Origin: Eledone cirrhosa
Taxonomy: Eukaryota
Length of the DNA stretch: 64,000 nt
Direction: 5' to 3'
Assembly (NCBI GenBank): GCA_964016885.1
Contig: OZ024743.1
Span: forward strand, 305,288,001-305,352,000
The position numbers and the translations under genes were made by a program. The notes under the pieces were generated by a model. That model made no database searches, was not told the DNA's origin, and worked only from the letters and a program-made list of their open reading frames with translations. Of this stretch, positions 47,162-61,700 are shown piece by piece (the stretch's first letter is position 1; each line of letters opens with the position of its first letter).

Positions 47162-50100
47162 TGGGTGTGTGTGTTTGTGTGTGTGTATGACAGGTTGCTC
47201 TCAAGTGCTACTGGTAACATGTAACCCAGTACAACCTATCTCATGGTCGGGTCGTCGGCGACTAAACCGGCAACCCCACTAAGCTTGCTTGGTGAGGAGG
47301 GTGAGACGGGATGAAATACAAGACCCGACAAAGGGCGGAGGAACTCAGCAGAGTCAACGGCCATCCAAATAGTATGTTGTTTTCACCTGGGTGTGAAAGG
47401 GCGCCAGTTGTTGTCACAACACCTTTCTAAGTGAGGGAAATTCTGAAAAAGTCCTGTGGCTTCGGAGGCATCCGATGATCTTGACCAGTTCTCATTTTAG
47501 GGGAGTGTTTTCGATGCACAGAGAGTGGGATTGGTCGAGTACAAGGCCTTTCCCCACTTAAAAAAACATTCAAAGCACAGGCATTGCTTGTTCAGGATAT
47601 GTTACAATTTTGTGTGACTGGTCATAACATAAAAGTGCACCAAACTCTATAATCCTCCAAGCAATTGCAGTAGTCTTAGCAGAGTTTGAAGCCATCATGT
47701 ATGTATGTATGTACGTATGTTCTTCTGGTTTTATAATTTCACAAATTTTTGCCAATAGGGAGAGAGTCGGTTTCTAACATAGATACAAGACTCTCTCATC
47801 GGAATTTACACAACATCAACTAGGTAGATATGTATGCATGTCTGCATGTATGTATGTGTAGGTATGAATGTTATTGTATGTGTGAATGTGCATGTTTTGA
47901 GTTGTATGTGTGCATGTGTATGCGCTTTGTATCTGTACATGTGTATATGCAGTTATTAGATGCCAACTTTTTGGAATGTTTTACATAATTTTACTGTTCC
48001 ATTAATGGATTGTACTTGTAATTTCCTAACAAGTTATGTTCTTTCTGTTCCTGTGAAGCCTAGCTTCTCAAGATTTGTATTGAGGCAGTTACTAACATAT
48101 CCCAGTGCCCCAATAATCACAGGCATAAATCTGAAGGTATAATCAGGATGGAGTATCTGCAGATTTCTCATTATTTCTGCATAAATATTCTCCTTTTAGC
48201 TAATCTTTGATATTATACTGGCATCTGCTGGGCAGTTAACTTCCACTACTGTGCATGCCTTCTTTTCCCATATCATTATATTTGGTCTGTTATGCCTGCA
48301 TTTTATTGGTGGTTTTACTGGAACATTCCACCAGTAACCTTTCATATTATGTATATGTATGTCTTCCACATTGCTGTAGCTTTTAATGTGTTTATTATCG
48401 GGGCTTTCCTTTCTACGGATTTCATTGTACAGTGTTTTCGCCACTACATCATGCCTCATAGGTAGATAGTACCGCGGTGACATCTTTGGACAGCTGCTTA
48501 TGACATGGGTGACAACTTCGATGTTAATTCTGCAGTCTGCACTTGTTTTCACATCTAGGTGTTTTGCCTGCATCCCTATCTCTTTTGTGAATCATGTATT
48601 TCGTGTTTATTTCCTGTTCTTGGATTGCAAAAGCGTATCCTTCAAAGTGGGAGTCAATATATTGGTTGTTGGTCCAAGATAGACTACTTTCTTTATCTAT
48701 ATTACACTCACTCTGGAACTTCCTGGCAACATATCTATGCATGATGTTTTGCTGATAAGCATGCAGCTTTTCATCCACGGATTCACTGTGATACTGCTGA
48801 GCCACTTACTTGGGTGTGAGATTTCGATTATCACACAGGGAATATCTTTCGAGGAGTTCCTTCCCAACTCTCATGATCTGTTTCATGCAGATAGACTTGC
48901 TCGAGTGACGGGCTCCTACGCTTCTAGGTTCGTAGATATTGTCGGAGCGATATGATGCGACATTAAAATGCTGTCTGGACTGATGTTAGGCCTCAGCCTC
49001 CCTGCTTACGTTTCAAGTAAAGGCGATCTATGTCACTGTTGATTTAGAAGTTTCCGGTGTTGTTTAGTATTTTTCGAGTTCTAACTTCAATATGTATGTA
49101 TGTAAGTATGTAAGTATGTCGCGTCACCCTTGAGGGCTACTGGTAACATGTAACCCAGTACAACCTGTCGCATGGTCGGGTCGTCGGCGACTAAACCGGC
49201 AACCCTACGAAGTTTACTTGGTGAGGAGTGTTATTTTGGACACCCTGCAGGACAAAAAACAAAACCTGACAAAGGGCAGAAAAACTCATAAGAGTCAACG
49301 GCCATCCAAAAATGTGTAAATATGTATATAGACGTGTACATATGTATGTATATGTGTATATGCATGGTAAACACTCAGACGTGATAACTGCGGGTGAAGG
49401 ACCCCTAGTCTGTGTCAGGGCATTCTTCTAGGAGAAGGCAACCCAGGAAACTGAGATAACACCAATATAAAAGCTGCGGCTCAGTAGTTACCGATGATGT
49501 TGATCTTTTCTTCTTTTCGGGTTATAGCCACTGTCGCTCAGAGAGTGGGATTGGCTCGGTGCACAGTCTTTCCTCACGTTAAAAATAATCTTCACGCACA
49601 GGCTTTGCACGATAGAATTAATTAATAATTATTAATAATGGTATATCGTGGAATAACCATACTCGATAACGAGGGGATAGCCATCATGTATGTATGTATG
49701 TATGTATGTATGTATGTATGTATGTATGTATGTATGTATGCTATATCTATATTATTAGGGAGTTTAAGGGACTAAACTTAAATTCATTAGTTATTTATTA
49801 TGAATTTTACATATCAAAATACTTTGCAAATGATGGAAATAAACCCTTACATATATATAGAATGATATTCCTTCTCTTGTTATTTCTTCTTTTACTGGTG
49901 ATGGAAGGCAGGAGACAAGATTAAGTACAACAATTGCAGTAGCTGGTGCAGTAATGTGCCAACTTCAGCGTTCAGTAATTGGAGGACGGGTAGGGGGGGG
50001 GGGGGCGTAAAGGCCAAACTCACTATCTTCAATTCGGTATGTGTGCCAACCCTTAACTATAATCATGAATCGTAGGTAACGACCGAAATGATATGATCGC

Positions 50101-52320
50101 TAATACAAGCGGCCGAAATGTGTTTCCTCCGAAGGGTCTTTGGGGTAACGTTACTCGATAGAGAGCGGAGCACGGAGATTAGAAAGCCACTTTAGGTAGA
50201 GTTGCTACTTCTCTGAATTGAGTGATCCAATTCTATGGACATGTGGTTAGAATGTCTCAGGATAGAATCGCTGGACAGATTTTACGGGCAAAGGAAAATA
50301 AAGTAAATGTTGTGAATGAAGGATATAATTCTTTGGCAGCAATTTGGGTGGGGTAGTCGATTATGTCGACCCCAGTACTTAACTGGTACTTTATTTTATC
50401 GATCACAAAAAGATGAAAGAGAAAGTTGCTCTCGACGGTATTTGAACACCGAACGTAGATAGTGATAACTAAATACTGCAAAGTGGTAACTAAATGTTCG
50501 ACGCTCTACCAATTACTGTCAATCCATCACCCTAATGAATGATATAACAACACGATATTTACCATCTAAAATGTTTAAAGTATTACTTTAAGAAATTACT
50601 TTGCAGTTTTCTAAACTAAACCGTTTTATATATACATATTAGCCGAAATCCAAACCAAATGAGACTGATAGTTGTCATTATGCCATGTTCTGGTAAGTAT
50701 ATTGTCAACAAATCACATAGATGCATTATTTTTCATATCTTTGAACATTGTATATTTAATTTTACAGGGAAATACATGCTAGCCGCTGGAGGTCTTCCCT
50801 TAATAGACAAAACAACATTGACAACAAATAGCTTCAGATATAATATGAAGAGTCTTACATTCTACTATCACATGTATGGAAAAGACACAGGGAGCCTAAA
50901 TGTCTATATTAAAAGTACTAATGGAATAAAGACTAAGATGCTATCATTAAAAGGCAGTCTAGATGATGAATGGAAATATGTATGCATTTCTCTGTCACTC
51001 AAATCAGGGTAAGAAAAATATTTCGATTTTAACATCTTTTGGTAGTTCATTGTTTATTTTATAGTAAAACTGAAAGTTTTAGCATTAGCCTTTGGTGGAT
51101 TATAGATTTTGACAGACCAACAAAAAAAAAAACCGGGCAGTAAGAATACACGATCTCCTGGGCAATAATTCTTTCGAATATTAGCACAAGGACAGCAATT
51201 TGGGGGAAGGAGAAAGTCGATTATACTGAACTCGTACTTTATTTTATTGACCCAGAAATGATGAAAATAGAGATGACCTTGGTGGTATTTGATCTCAAAA
51301 CGTAGAAATCATCACGAAAAGGCCACAAAATATTTTGTCAGATACTCTACCGATTCTACTGCCCTTCTCCTGTGCAATAATGATTTAATAATTCACCTTG
51401 ACAACCCATGTAACAACGATTTGACAGTTCACCTCTGTCTTCTGTAATACTAATTTAACTATTCCCTTTTGAACAAGCTCTACTATATGAATGACTTATT
51501 CTATTGTCGTAGGGAAGCGGAGTGAATTATTTCCCTTTGAATAAACTCTGGTCTATGAATGACTTATTTTATTGTTGTAAGGAAGCGAGGAAGCGAAGTG
51601 AATTATTGCCCTTTGAATAAACTCTCGTCTATGAATACCTTTTTTTACCAAAATGTGACGGAGTATTGGAAAGCTGTCACCAGATATTTGAATTTAAAAT
51701 ATAGAAGAACGAATCTAAATATTCAAAATTCATTATTTTCTTAAGTAAGTATAAGACTGTAGATATAATGGTAGGGAACAATCGATTATACTAACTCGTC
51801 TAGTTGACTTCTGTAAAGAACCATGACATATATAGTTTGTTTTCAAATTGTATTTTTTTCTGATATGCTTTGACTTGAGATTCTACAGTTTACATAAATA
51901 ATGGTTTCTGATTTAGGCACCAGGCCAATAATTTGGGGGATGGGAATTCGATTGAATAGACCTCAGTGCTTTATGGTTCTTTATTTTATTGACCCTGTAA
52001 GTTTGAAAGACAAAGCTAACCTCGGCGAGATTTGAACATAAAGGGACGTAACTATATGTCGTAAAGCATGCTGTCTGATGCTCTATCGATTACTACCAAT
52101 CTACCACCCTTAGTTCACATAAATAATACTGGAGGTAGAATCTCATGAGAGAACATCTTTGTAAGCTATATTCTTTATTATACACTACACTAAGCAGAAA
52201 GAAAGGGAAGTATAGACACAGAAAATAATAAGTACAGAGAGAGAAAAACAATGGAAGAGACATCAAATAAACTTTCCCATTTGTCATATGTCATAGAATC
52301 ATTTTTGTTAAGTGTGCAAA

Positions 52321-52352
<32 letters not shown>

Positions 52353-55300
52353 GGACCTTAATTTTTATTTTACAAATTGAATCTTAAGGCTCCTAAAAAC
52401 GTGTTTCATGGCAACTCATGGCTAAAAAATAAGATCTACAATACCTGGAGAAAGAAACCCTCCTGACAAAGAACAAAACAACAACTCAATAATAAAAAAA
52501 GTAACAAACTAGACAGCATTTACTCTGAACTGCAATTGTTGCAAAACCACTCTCTAAATAGCGAAGTATGCCTTCATGCATTGGATTTCATTCACACCTC
52601 CAAAACTGCAGTTGATCTTTCTGATCCTTTCGCAAAAGGATCTCCATCATATTTACAGAATCCACTTTTTCCTCAATTTCTTAATGATGATAGTTCTGTT
52701 GACATTACTCCCATGGAGAAAACCTCCACCTTCATTCTTTCTTTACTTTGCATCCAACTCCACATTGCATACACTTGATAAATTTCTTCCAGATCTATCC
52801 ACTTCCACTCTATTGAATACAACACTCAATCTACACCCACAGTGTGCTTGAAAATAACTCCAGTTGCTTTAAACCAGCTGGATCACTAGTAATGACAATG
52901 TCCCTTCCATCACCTTACAGCTACCCCCATTCTCACCTAACATTTCAATCTCTGTCTTTCTCTCTCTTCACAGGGATAGAGCTTGATATTTACAAACATA
53001 TTAAAGTGTGTCCCATTCCCAATAAGTAAAAATCCTCTGAAACTGACAAATGTTTAACAAGATTCACTTCCAATATCACAAAACTATTGGAGACAGCTAT
53101 TAATAATAACTTCCACCAAAACCTTGAATAATCATCGTCATCATCATAATCGTTTTTAGATCCATTTCATCATGCTGGCATGGGTGGGATGGAGGCATGT
53201 AGCCTAGCAGTAAGGGTGTTAGACAATCATAATGCCATAGGTTCGATTCCTGCACTGGGTTATGTCTCGTGTTCTTAAGCAAAACATTTCATTTTATGTT
53301 GCTCCAGTATGAGTACCAGCAATAGCTTGGGGTTTAATCCTGCATCATATCCAATGGGGAGTCTTGTACCCTCAGTCGCTCATAGCATGGAAACCAGGAT
53401 AAGCCTATAAGCCTCCAGGCTCAAGACAGATATCAGATATAGGTTAGATGGAATCCTTTGAGACAATGTTTTACAGCCAAATCCTCTTCATGATGCCATC
53501 CCCTTTTGTCACCTTTTACAACCTGCAGAAATATTGTGCAACTATTCTAAAAACTAGGAAACACATGGCACACTCTCCTAAATAGCCACCAATACAGCTT
53601 CTGTAATGTCAGATCTACTAGACATATATTTCTTATGTTGTTTACTAATGGCATCTCATCCAAGAGAAACATTGCCATCAACATCAGCAACACTTTTGAT
53701 TCTTTCTTGTGTGTGAATCTCTTGAAACTACTCAAGAAATTTGTCATCTCTTGGATTTGTAACTTTCTATTATGACATCAGATTAAAAAATACCTGGATG
53801 ATATGTAAGGCTGGACATTCCTCTGTATGAGGCCATAAGCTATATGAAATTTGAGGCCCTTCACTAAAAAAATATAATAAATATATTTTATATTAATGAT
53901 AAAGATAAAAAATATATAATACATATATACATATTGTTTGATGATTAAGTGTTAAAGAATAAAACTAATAACAAAATAAGAATACTTTTTTTTAAATGAG
54001 TCACCTGAGTATGTGTGGCCCTAAGCTATGGATTATTTAGCTTAGAGGTAAATTCAATACTGGATACACTGATGTCTCCGAGTGTCTATGGCCTTAATAT
54101 TGCTTATTTAGCTTGTAAGTGAGTCCAGAAATAACTTCACAGAGAACCCCGAGGGGTGTGGCCCTAAGGTATAGCTTATTTAGCTTGTAGATAAGTCCAG
54201 CAATAGCTACACTGAGGCCCCTGAGGGTGTGTGGCCTTAAGCTATAGCTTATTTAGCAGCACCGATATGTTCTGGCTTTCTCTGCACCCTGGTCAAATTT
54301 TGCTGAGGTCAACTTTGCTTTTCATATTTTCATGGTCAATGAATAGTCCAGTACTGGGGTTAGTCATCTCTCTCTCTCTCACACACACACACACATACAT
54401 ACACAATATATTCTTGATTAGATTTCCTTTTGTCTGTTTATTAAAAGGGAGTGTGGTTGTCTATATTGTATAGTTACTGGAACCCAGTTGTGAAGTCATA
54501 GTTTATATTCACTTACTACCATTATGTTGTCTTATTCAACAATTAACTTATAACTAAACTTGTTCTTGTTCGTATACACACTCTTTCTAACCACCAGTTT
54601 ACTTTAATTTCCCACCTTTATTGAGCACCAATCTTCAATGTGTAGCATTCCTTCTACATTCACATGCATGCACACTCACACACACATATATATATATATA
54701 TACATATATGTGTGTGTGTGTGTGTGTGCATCTCTCTCTCTCTCTATTATATATATATATATATATTCATTCATTCATTTCATTTCCGCTTTTCCCTGCT
54801 TGCAAGGGTGGGACGGGAACTGATTTTTTGGCATGATTTCTACAGCTGGATGCCCTTCCTAACACCAACCTCATTTACAGTGAGTGCTGGGTGCTTTTTT
54901 TGCCGTGGCACCTCCACGACCACTTTACAGTGGAATGATAGGGACCCCAGTCCCTACCATCTCATTTCTACAGCTGAGTAAACTGGAGCAATGTGAAATA
55001 AAGTGTCTTGCTCAAGGAAACAACACATCACCCGGTCTGAGAATTGAACTCACAACCTTTCGATTGCAAGGCCAATGCTCTAACCACTAAGCCATGTGCC
55101 TCCATATATATATATATATAGTGAAGGCACATGGCTTAGTGGTTAAAGCATTGGGGTTGCAATCGAAAGGTTGTGAGTTCAATTCTCGGACTGGGTGATG
55201 TGTTGTTTCCTTGAACAAGACACTTTATTTCACGTTGCTCCAGTTTACTCAGCTGTAGAAATGAATACCGGCCTGCCTACCCAGCCAGTGGGATGTCATT

Positions 55301-56370
55301 ATCTTATGGCTAAAACAGCATGATGTGCTGTGACCAGCGGCAGCGATTGGCGCCCGACAGGCTGGTCGGTCAAGGTGATCAAGGTGATATATATATATAT
55401 ATATATATATATCAGGAGTAGCACCATTTTACATCTACTGTTCGAAGCTCTTAGTGCAACATCTCAACACTCATCCCATTCTTTTGCTATCTCCTCAGCT
55501 TCAGTAATTTGAGATCAGCTCTCACCACTTCCAATGGGATCTTCCTTGGTCTTTCTCTACTGTAGCTCCCCTCCACTAGCATTTCTTGATACTCCTACAC
55601 CCAGTCATCACCATCCATGCACATCACATGTCCATACAAGCGCAGTCTTCTCTGTTTCACACTAAATTTGATTCCACTTATGCCTACCTTCTCTCTCAGT
55701 TCATCTGTGTTTTATTTTTTATACATATTAGTATTTCACATCCATTGAAACATGGTTGTTTAATTTCTCCCCAGTCATTCCATGTCCTCTGTTCACTGCT
55801 CATGTTTCACTACCATACAGCATTGCACTTTGCATGCATTTGTCATACAGCCAACCTTTCATTGTTGTTGACAGCAGGCATAGCTCTCTAAACTTCTTCC
55901 AGCCTATCCTTATTCTAACTACTATGCTCTTGCAGCACCCTCCTCTACTGCTAACCATATCACCAAGGTACCAGAAGCTATCAACCACTTCTATGGATCA
56001 TTCTTCCCTGAGATTTGGAAAGGTTTATATAACTGGCACTCTTACCATGAATTATCCCTGAACATTTATTACATACAAAGTCTTCCTTTTCTGTTAGTCT
56101 GCCTGCTATCCCACTATACATCTAGTATTCCTAAGATTTGCATTGTGTATATTGATAGAGATTATGCCAACACCTTGTCTACATATTGAGTAAGATCACT
56201 TCCCTGATGGAATCAGCACCTTGTCTTCTTTCCTGCTTATTAACAGTTTGGTTTAATACACATATATATATATATATATATACATATATATGTATGTAAA
56301 AGTTAAACAGAAATAACAACACAATTGGTACAGTTTATGGAAGGTATATGTTAGGTTAATGCTTGATATA

Positions 56371-56407
<37 letters not shown>

Positions 56408-56867
56408 GGATCCCAATGTAAATTGCTAGGTGATCACTGTTAAAAAGGTACTCAATGCATTAGTAGAGTGTAGGTATGTTCATTTTATTATTCTTCGGGA
56501 CTTGAACTGTTACCTGGTGATTTCTTATAAATGAAACAGTTTTAATTCTGTAGAGGTCATTTCTATAATGAAAACATGGGCGGGGGTGGTGAGAGCAGAC
56601 CTCAAATCACTGAAACTCACCGAGGAGATGACGAAGGACAGTGACGAGTGGAGGGATGCTATGGTGAAGAGGACCCGTCCAATCCAAAGCAGGGAAAAGC
56701 GGACGTAAAATGATGATGAGATATATATATATATATATATATATACATACATATATACATACATATATATATACATACATATATATATACATACATATAT
56801 ACATACATACATACATACATACATACATACATACATACATACATACATACATACATACATACATACA

Positions 56868-56901
<34 letters not shown>

Positions 56902-57154
56902 CATACATATATACATACATACATATATACATACATACATATATACATACATACATATATACATACATATATATATACATACATATATATATACATACAT
57001 ACATATATACATACATACATATATACATACATACATACATATATATATACATACATATATATATACATACATATATATATATATATACATACATACATAT
57101 ATACATACATATATATATACATACATATATATATATATATACATATATACATAC

Positions 57155-57185
<31 letters not shown>

Positions 57186-57231
57186 CATATATACATTATA
57201 TATATATATATGTATATATATATATACATAC

Positions 57232-57266
<35 letters not shown>

Positions 57267-58071
57267 CATACATACATATATACATACATATATACATACA
57301 TATATACATACATATATACATACATACATATATACATATATACATACATACATATATACATACATACATATATACATACATATATATATACATACATATA
57401 TATATACATGGTGGCTGCCAACTCGTTTTCGAGTACGGCCACTACTTTATATCCATGTAGGAGAACCCCTACCGATGCGCTGAACGAGTGTGACTTTTTA
57501 GTCCAGTCAGCGACTTGAAAACTCTGGTACAAACACTACACTTGTGACAATTATTGACACATAGTGCTGGGCCCATGGTACCATGTGACGGCAAGTGCAG
57601 AGAGATCTCCAGATATAAAGCAATGCCTGTGCCGTGAAGCTTTTATAGTGAGCAAAGGCACTGCACAAAGCCAGTCCCACTCTCTTAACCAAGATGATAT
57701 TTACCAAAAAGAAGAACAAGTCAACATCATTGGATACCATCAGGGTTGCAGGTGTTATATCAGAGTTTTCCTTCTCCTAGAATTCTGCCTTGACAAAGGC
57801 TAAGGGGTCATCTCTCCCAGTGATTTTGGATGGCCATTGACTCTTAAGAGCTCCTTTGCCCTTTGACAGGTTTTGTTTTTAGTCCTGCAGGATGTCCAAA
57901 GTCACTCTCCTCACCAAGAAACCTTAGTGGGGTTGCCAGTTTAGTCGCCAACGACCCGACCATGAGACAGGTTGTACTGGGATACATGTTACCAGTAGCA
58001 CCAAGTGGTGACCTGACATAATATATATACATACATATATACATACATACATATATACATACATACATATA

Positions 58072-58107
<36 letters not shown>

Positions 58108-58441
58108 TACATACATATATACATACATATATACATACATACATATATATATACATACATATATACATATATATATACATACATATATATATACATACAT
58201 ATATACATATATATATACATACATATATATATACATACATATATATATATATATATATACATACATATATATATATATATATATACATACATATATATAT
58301 ATATATATATACATACATATATATATACATATATATATACATACATATATATATACATACATATATATATACATACATATATATATACATACATATATAT
58401 ATACATACATATATATATACATACATATATATATACATACA

Positions 58442-58495
<54 letters not shown>

Positions 58496-58740
58496 CATAC
58501 ATATATATATACATACATATATATATACATACATATATATATACATACATATATATATACATACATATATATATACATACATATATATATACATACATAT
58601 ATATATACATACATATATATATACATACATATATATATACATACATATATATATACATACATATATATATACAAACATATATATATACATACATATATAT
58701 ATACATACATATATATACACATACATATATATACACATAC

Positions 58741-58779
<39 letters not shown>

Positions 58780-61700
58780 CCCAGCAGCACCTTGTCCTTC
58801 ACTCTTCCATTTATTTTTTTCCTTCCATTCTGTGCTTACACTATTCCTTCAGCCATTAAACGAAGCACTAATATGTGTTTCGGAAAATACACTCTGCTTT
58901 GGCCTCACTTGGCCTCACTAGTTTGGGAAGAGCTGCAAAGACTCGGATTTCTTTTTCAGTCTTCAGGATTAAAAAATATTTCAGCTGACTCCCTACAAAG
59001 CAGCAGCAAACAATTACTGACCTCCTAAAATCAGCTTTGAATAGTTGCTGAACCCCCCCCCCCCCCCTCCAGCAACTTTCAACAGTTATTCAACCCCTAA
59101 ATAGCACAAGTTCAACTGTCAGAGTATTACTTACAAAATTAGTACATGCAATTTCCACATGCACCCATCATTCTGAAATACATTGAAAAAGTACAAAAAC
59201 AAAAAATATATCTCCCCATGGGGATGGTAAACACTCAAACGTGATAACTCTCTTCCTTCCCATTGAAGTGAAGTAAATCTCTAATCTGGGATGTCACATA
59301 CTGGGATGCCATGTGTTACAATGCCACATGCTGCAACACCAGCCTTGTTGCTTTGGCTGCAAACCTAGGCACCACTGCTTGCAATGCAGGGTAGATGATG
59401 ATAACCAAATACCGGGGCTTAACTGTCCGCTTGCATTTCATGCTAGTTACCATCATGACTTTAATTGTTCTCAGACCCCACACTGCTGTTTTCCTCCACA
59501 AAATTGGAAAGACAGCAACCTTCCTAAGGAAGAAGCCCTATGTTGTGAGGTGGCTCTTCTATATTGCAGTGCCATCACCATTTTGTCCATGGGGCACAGC
59601 TGAAACTTACCACTCAGATTGAGGTGTCAAGCTGTCATTCCCTCCTGCCTTTTCCTTTGCTTCACTGCTTAATTTCCTTTTCCTTTTCTTTTCCTTTTTT
59701 GTTTCCTAATTCTCATTTATATTTTATGGTTTTCATCACATTTTCTCCTTAGTTTAATAAACATTTGTTTGCTTATTATTCATCCACCAACTGACTAGTC
59801 AAACAATTAATATTGTAATCATTTTGGTTTAAGCCACCTTTAAGAACATTTCTAAAATGAAAGAAACAACCCTATGTAACCTTATTTTCTAATATGGTAA
59901 AGTTTGATTTGAGGGTAATTAAGTTGACACTTCAAATAGGTTGAGTGGCTGCATAGACATTCTATCGTTCACTTCACTGTTTCAGATCATCATCATGATC
60001 ATTGTTTAATGTCCATTTTCCATGCTAATTCTAGCATGGAAAATGGACATTAAACAATGATGATGATGATGATGATCTGAAACAGTGAAGTGAACGATAG
60101 AATGTCTATGCAGCCACTCAACCTATTTGAAGTGTCAACTTATTTACCCTCAAATCAAACTAGGTTAGACGAGTTGCCCTGTTGTGAGTCAAGTCAGGTC
60201 AAGTGTTCATACAGAAATATTTCTGCTTTATGGATGCCCTTCCTAATGCCAACTATATTTACAAGATGCACTGGGTGATTTTTATCGTGGCACTAAAATG
60301 AACAAATTACTGGGTGTTTAGTAAATATAATAAATTTAAAGTTATTTGACAAGTATTCTTTTATTGGTTGGGATATCACAGAAGGCTAAATTCTAGCCTA
60401 GTTTGTTCAATCTTTTAACCATAAAAATCCAACAATCTTGCAAATATAATCAGTTTAATTTATCTATAATTTATGATAATGATACAGCAAGCCAACGATT
60501 TATAAATCTTTGACTGTAAGTAGAAAATGTGTGTGATATATCTGTTTATGTCTTCATTATTATTCAGCAAGGGCGGTGGATTGGCAGAATCGGTAGAGAG
60601 TCGGACACCATGCTTTGCAGCATAGTCACGGCCCTTTATGATCCGAGTTCAAATCCCACCGAGGTTAACTTTGTCTTTCATCCTTACGGGGTCGATAAAA
60701 TAAAGTACCAGTAATACACTTGGTAATTGCTGGCCTTGTGCCATAAGTAGAAACAATTATTATTCAGCAATGCAAAACAAGTCATTAAATGTAGTTGAGG
60801 AAAAAGATATAACCATAGCAATATAAATATATTATTATGACTATAACAACATAAATGTATTGATAGCAAAATATTAAATGTATTTTAAAATATATAAATG
60901 AAAGATGTAGAATAAAGTTAAATATTTACTTTGATATTGTGAGGTCTTCCATCACTTATCTTTGCTATAAATTTTCTATCTGTTTGTTTACTTTTTATTT
61001 AAAGCTATCACCAAATGGTATTTGAGGCTGTCCGAGGAACACATGCATTTAATAAGATAGCTATCGATGATATAACAATATCAACAAAAGGCTGCTCAAG
61101 TGAGAGAATACAAATCTTATTACATTATTTCAATGTTATTTTATAGTTTATAGCTGAACCTTATGTATATGAGGGTCAGCTGAAAAGTTTGTCTATGAAG
61201 GAGTGATGCAAGAGCTGTGAAATCTTGCATACATTAATTTTAACTCTTGCTTCTTTCCAGAGATTCCTATGAACTTTTCAGACAAACTTTGTATGTGAGC
61301 ATATATGTATGTCTGCATGTGTACATCTGCATCTGTATATGCACAAGTTTATTCCAATCCAATTAAATGTATACATTAAATCTTCACTTGCAACATATTC
61401 AATAACAGATCTTCATCACCATTTTCCATGCTGACAAGGGTTAGACAAGTTGTCACATTCTGAGGTCAGATATCATGCCTTGCTTTTATATTCCATTTTG
61501 GCATGGGTTCTACAATGCCCTTCCTAATGCCAACCACATTACAGGGTTGAACATTAAAACAGAGAAAGCATCTTATTTGCCAAGGGAAGAAATCATCCCT
61601 CAGTGGGGGAAGGAGGGGGAAAGCTTTAGGATGTAGGTAGGGCCTTGAAAAGAGTGAGTGACATCTATCAGTAGTGTGTGGGGAGATGGAATGGGATTGG

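Noticed and set aside
52400-53090. Possible very old Penelope or LINE relics (also ~3950-4500, 4870-5100, 17330-17770, 58800-59240, 62440-62640)
   Set aside because: Only faint motif echoes; family and boundaries cannot be supported without a profile search.
56525-58802. Long ORFs of 250-335 aa (MYVCIY.., HTYIYT..)
   Set aside because: Translations of stop-free (CATA)n/(TA)n microsatellites; the same applies to ORFs at 14085, 16105, 19862, 26466-26821 and 42391-42759.
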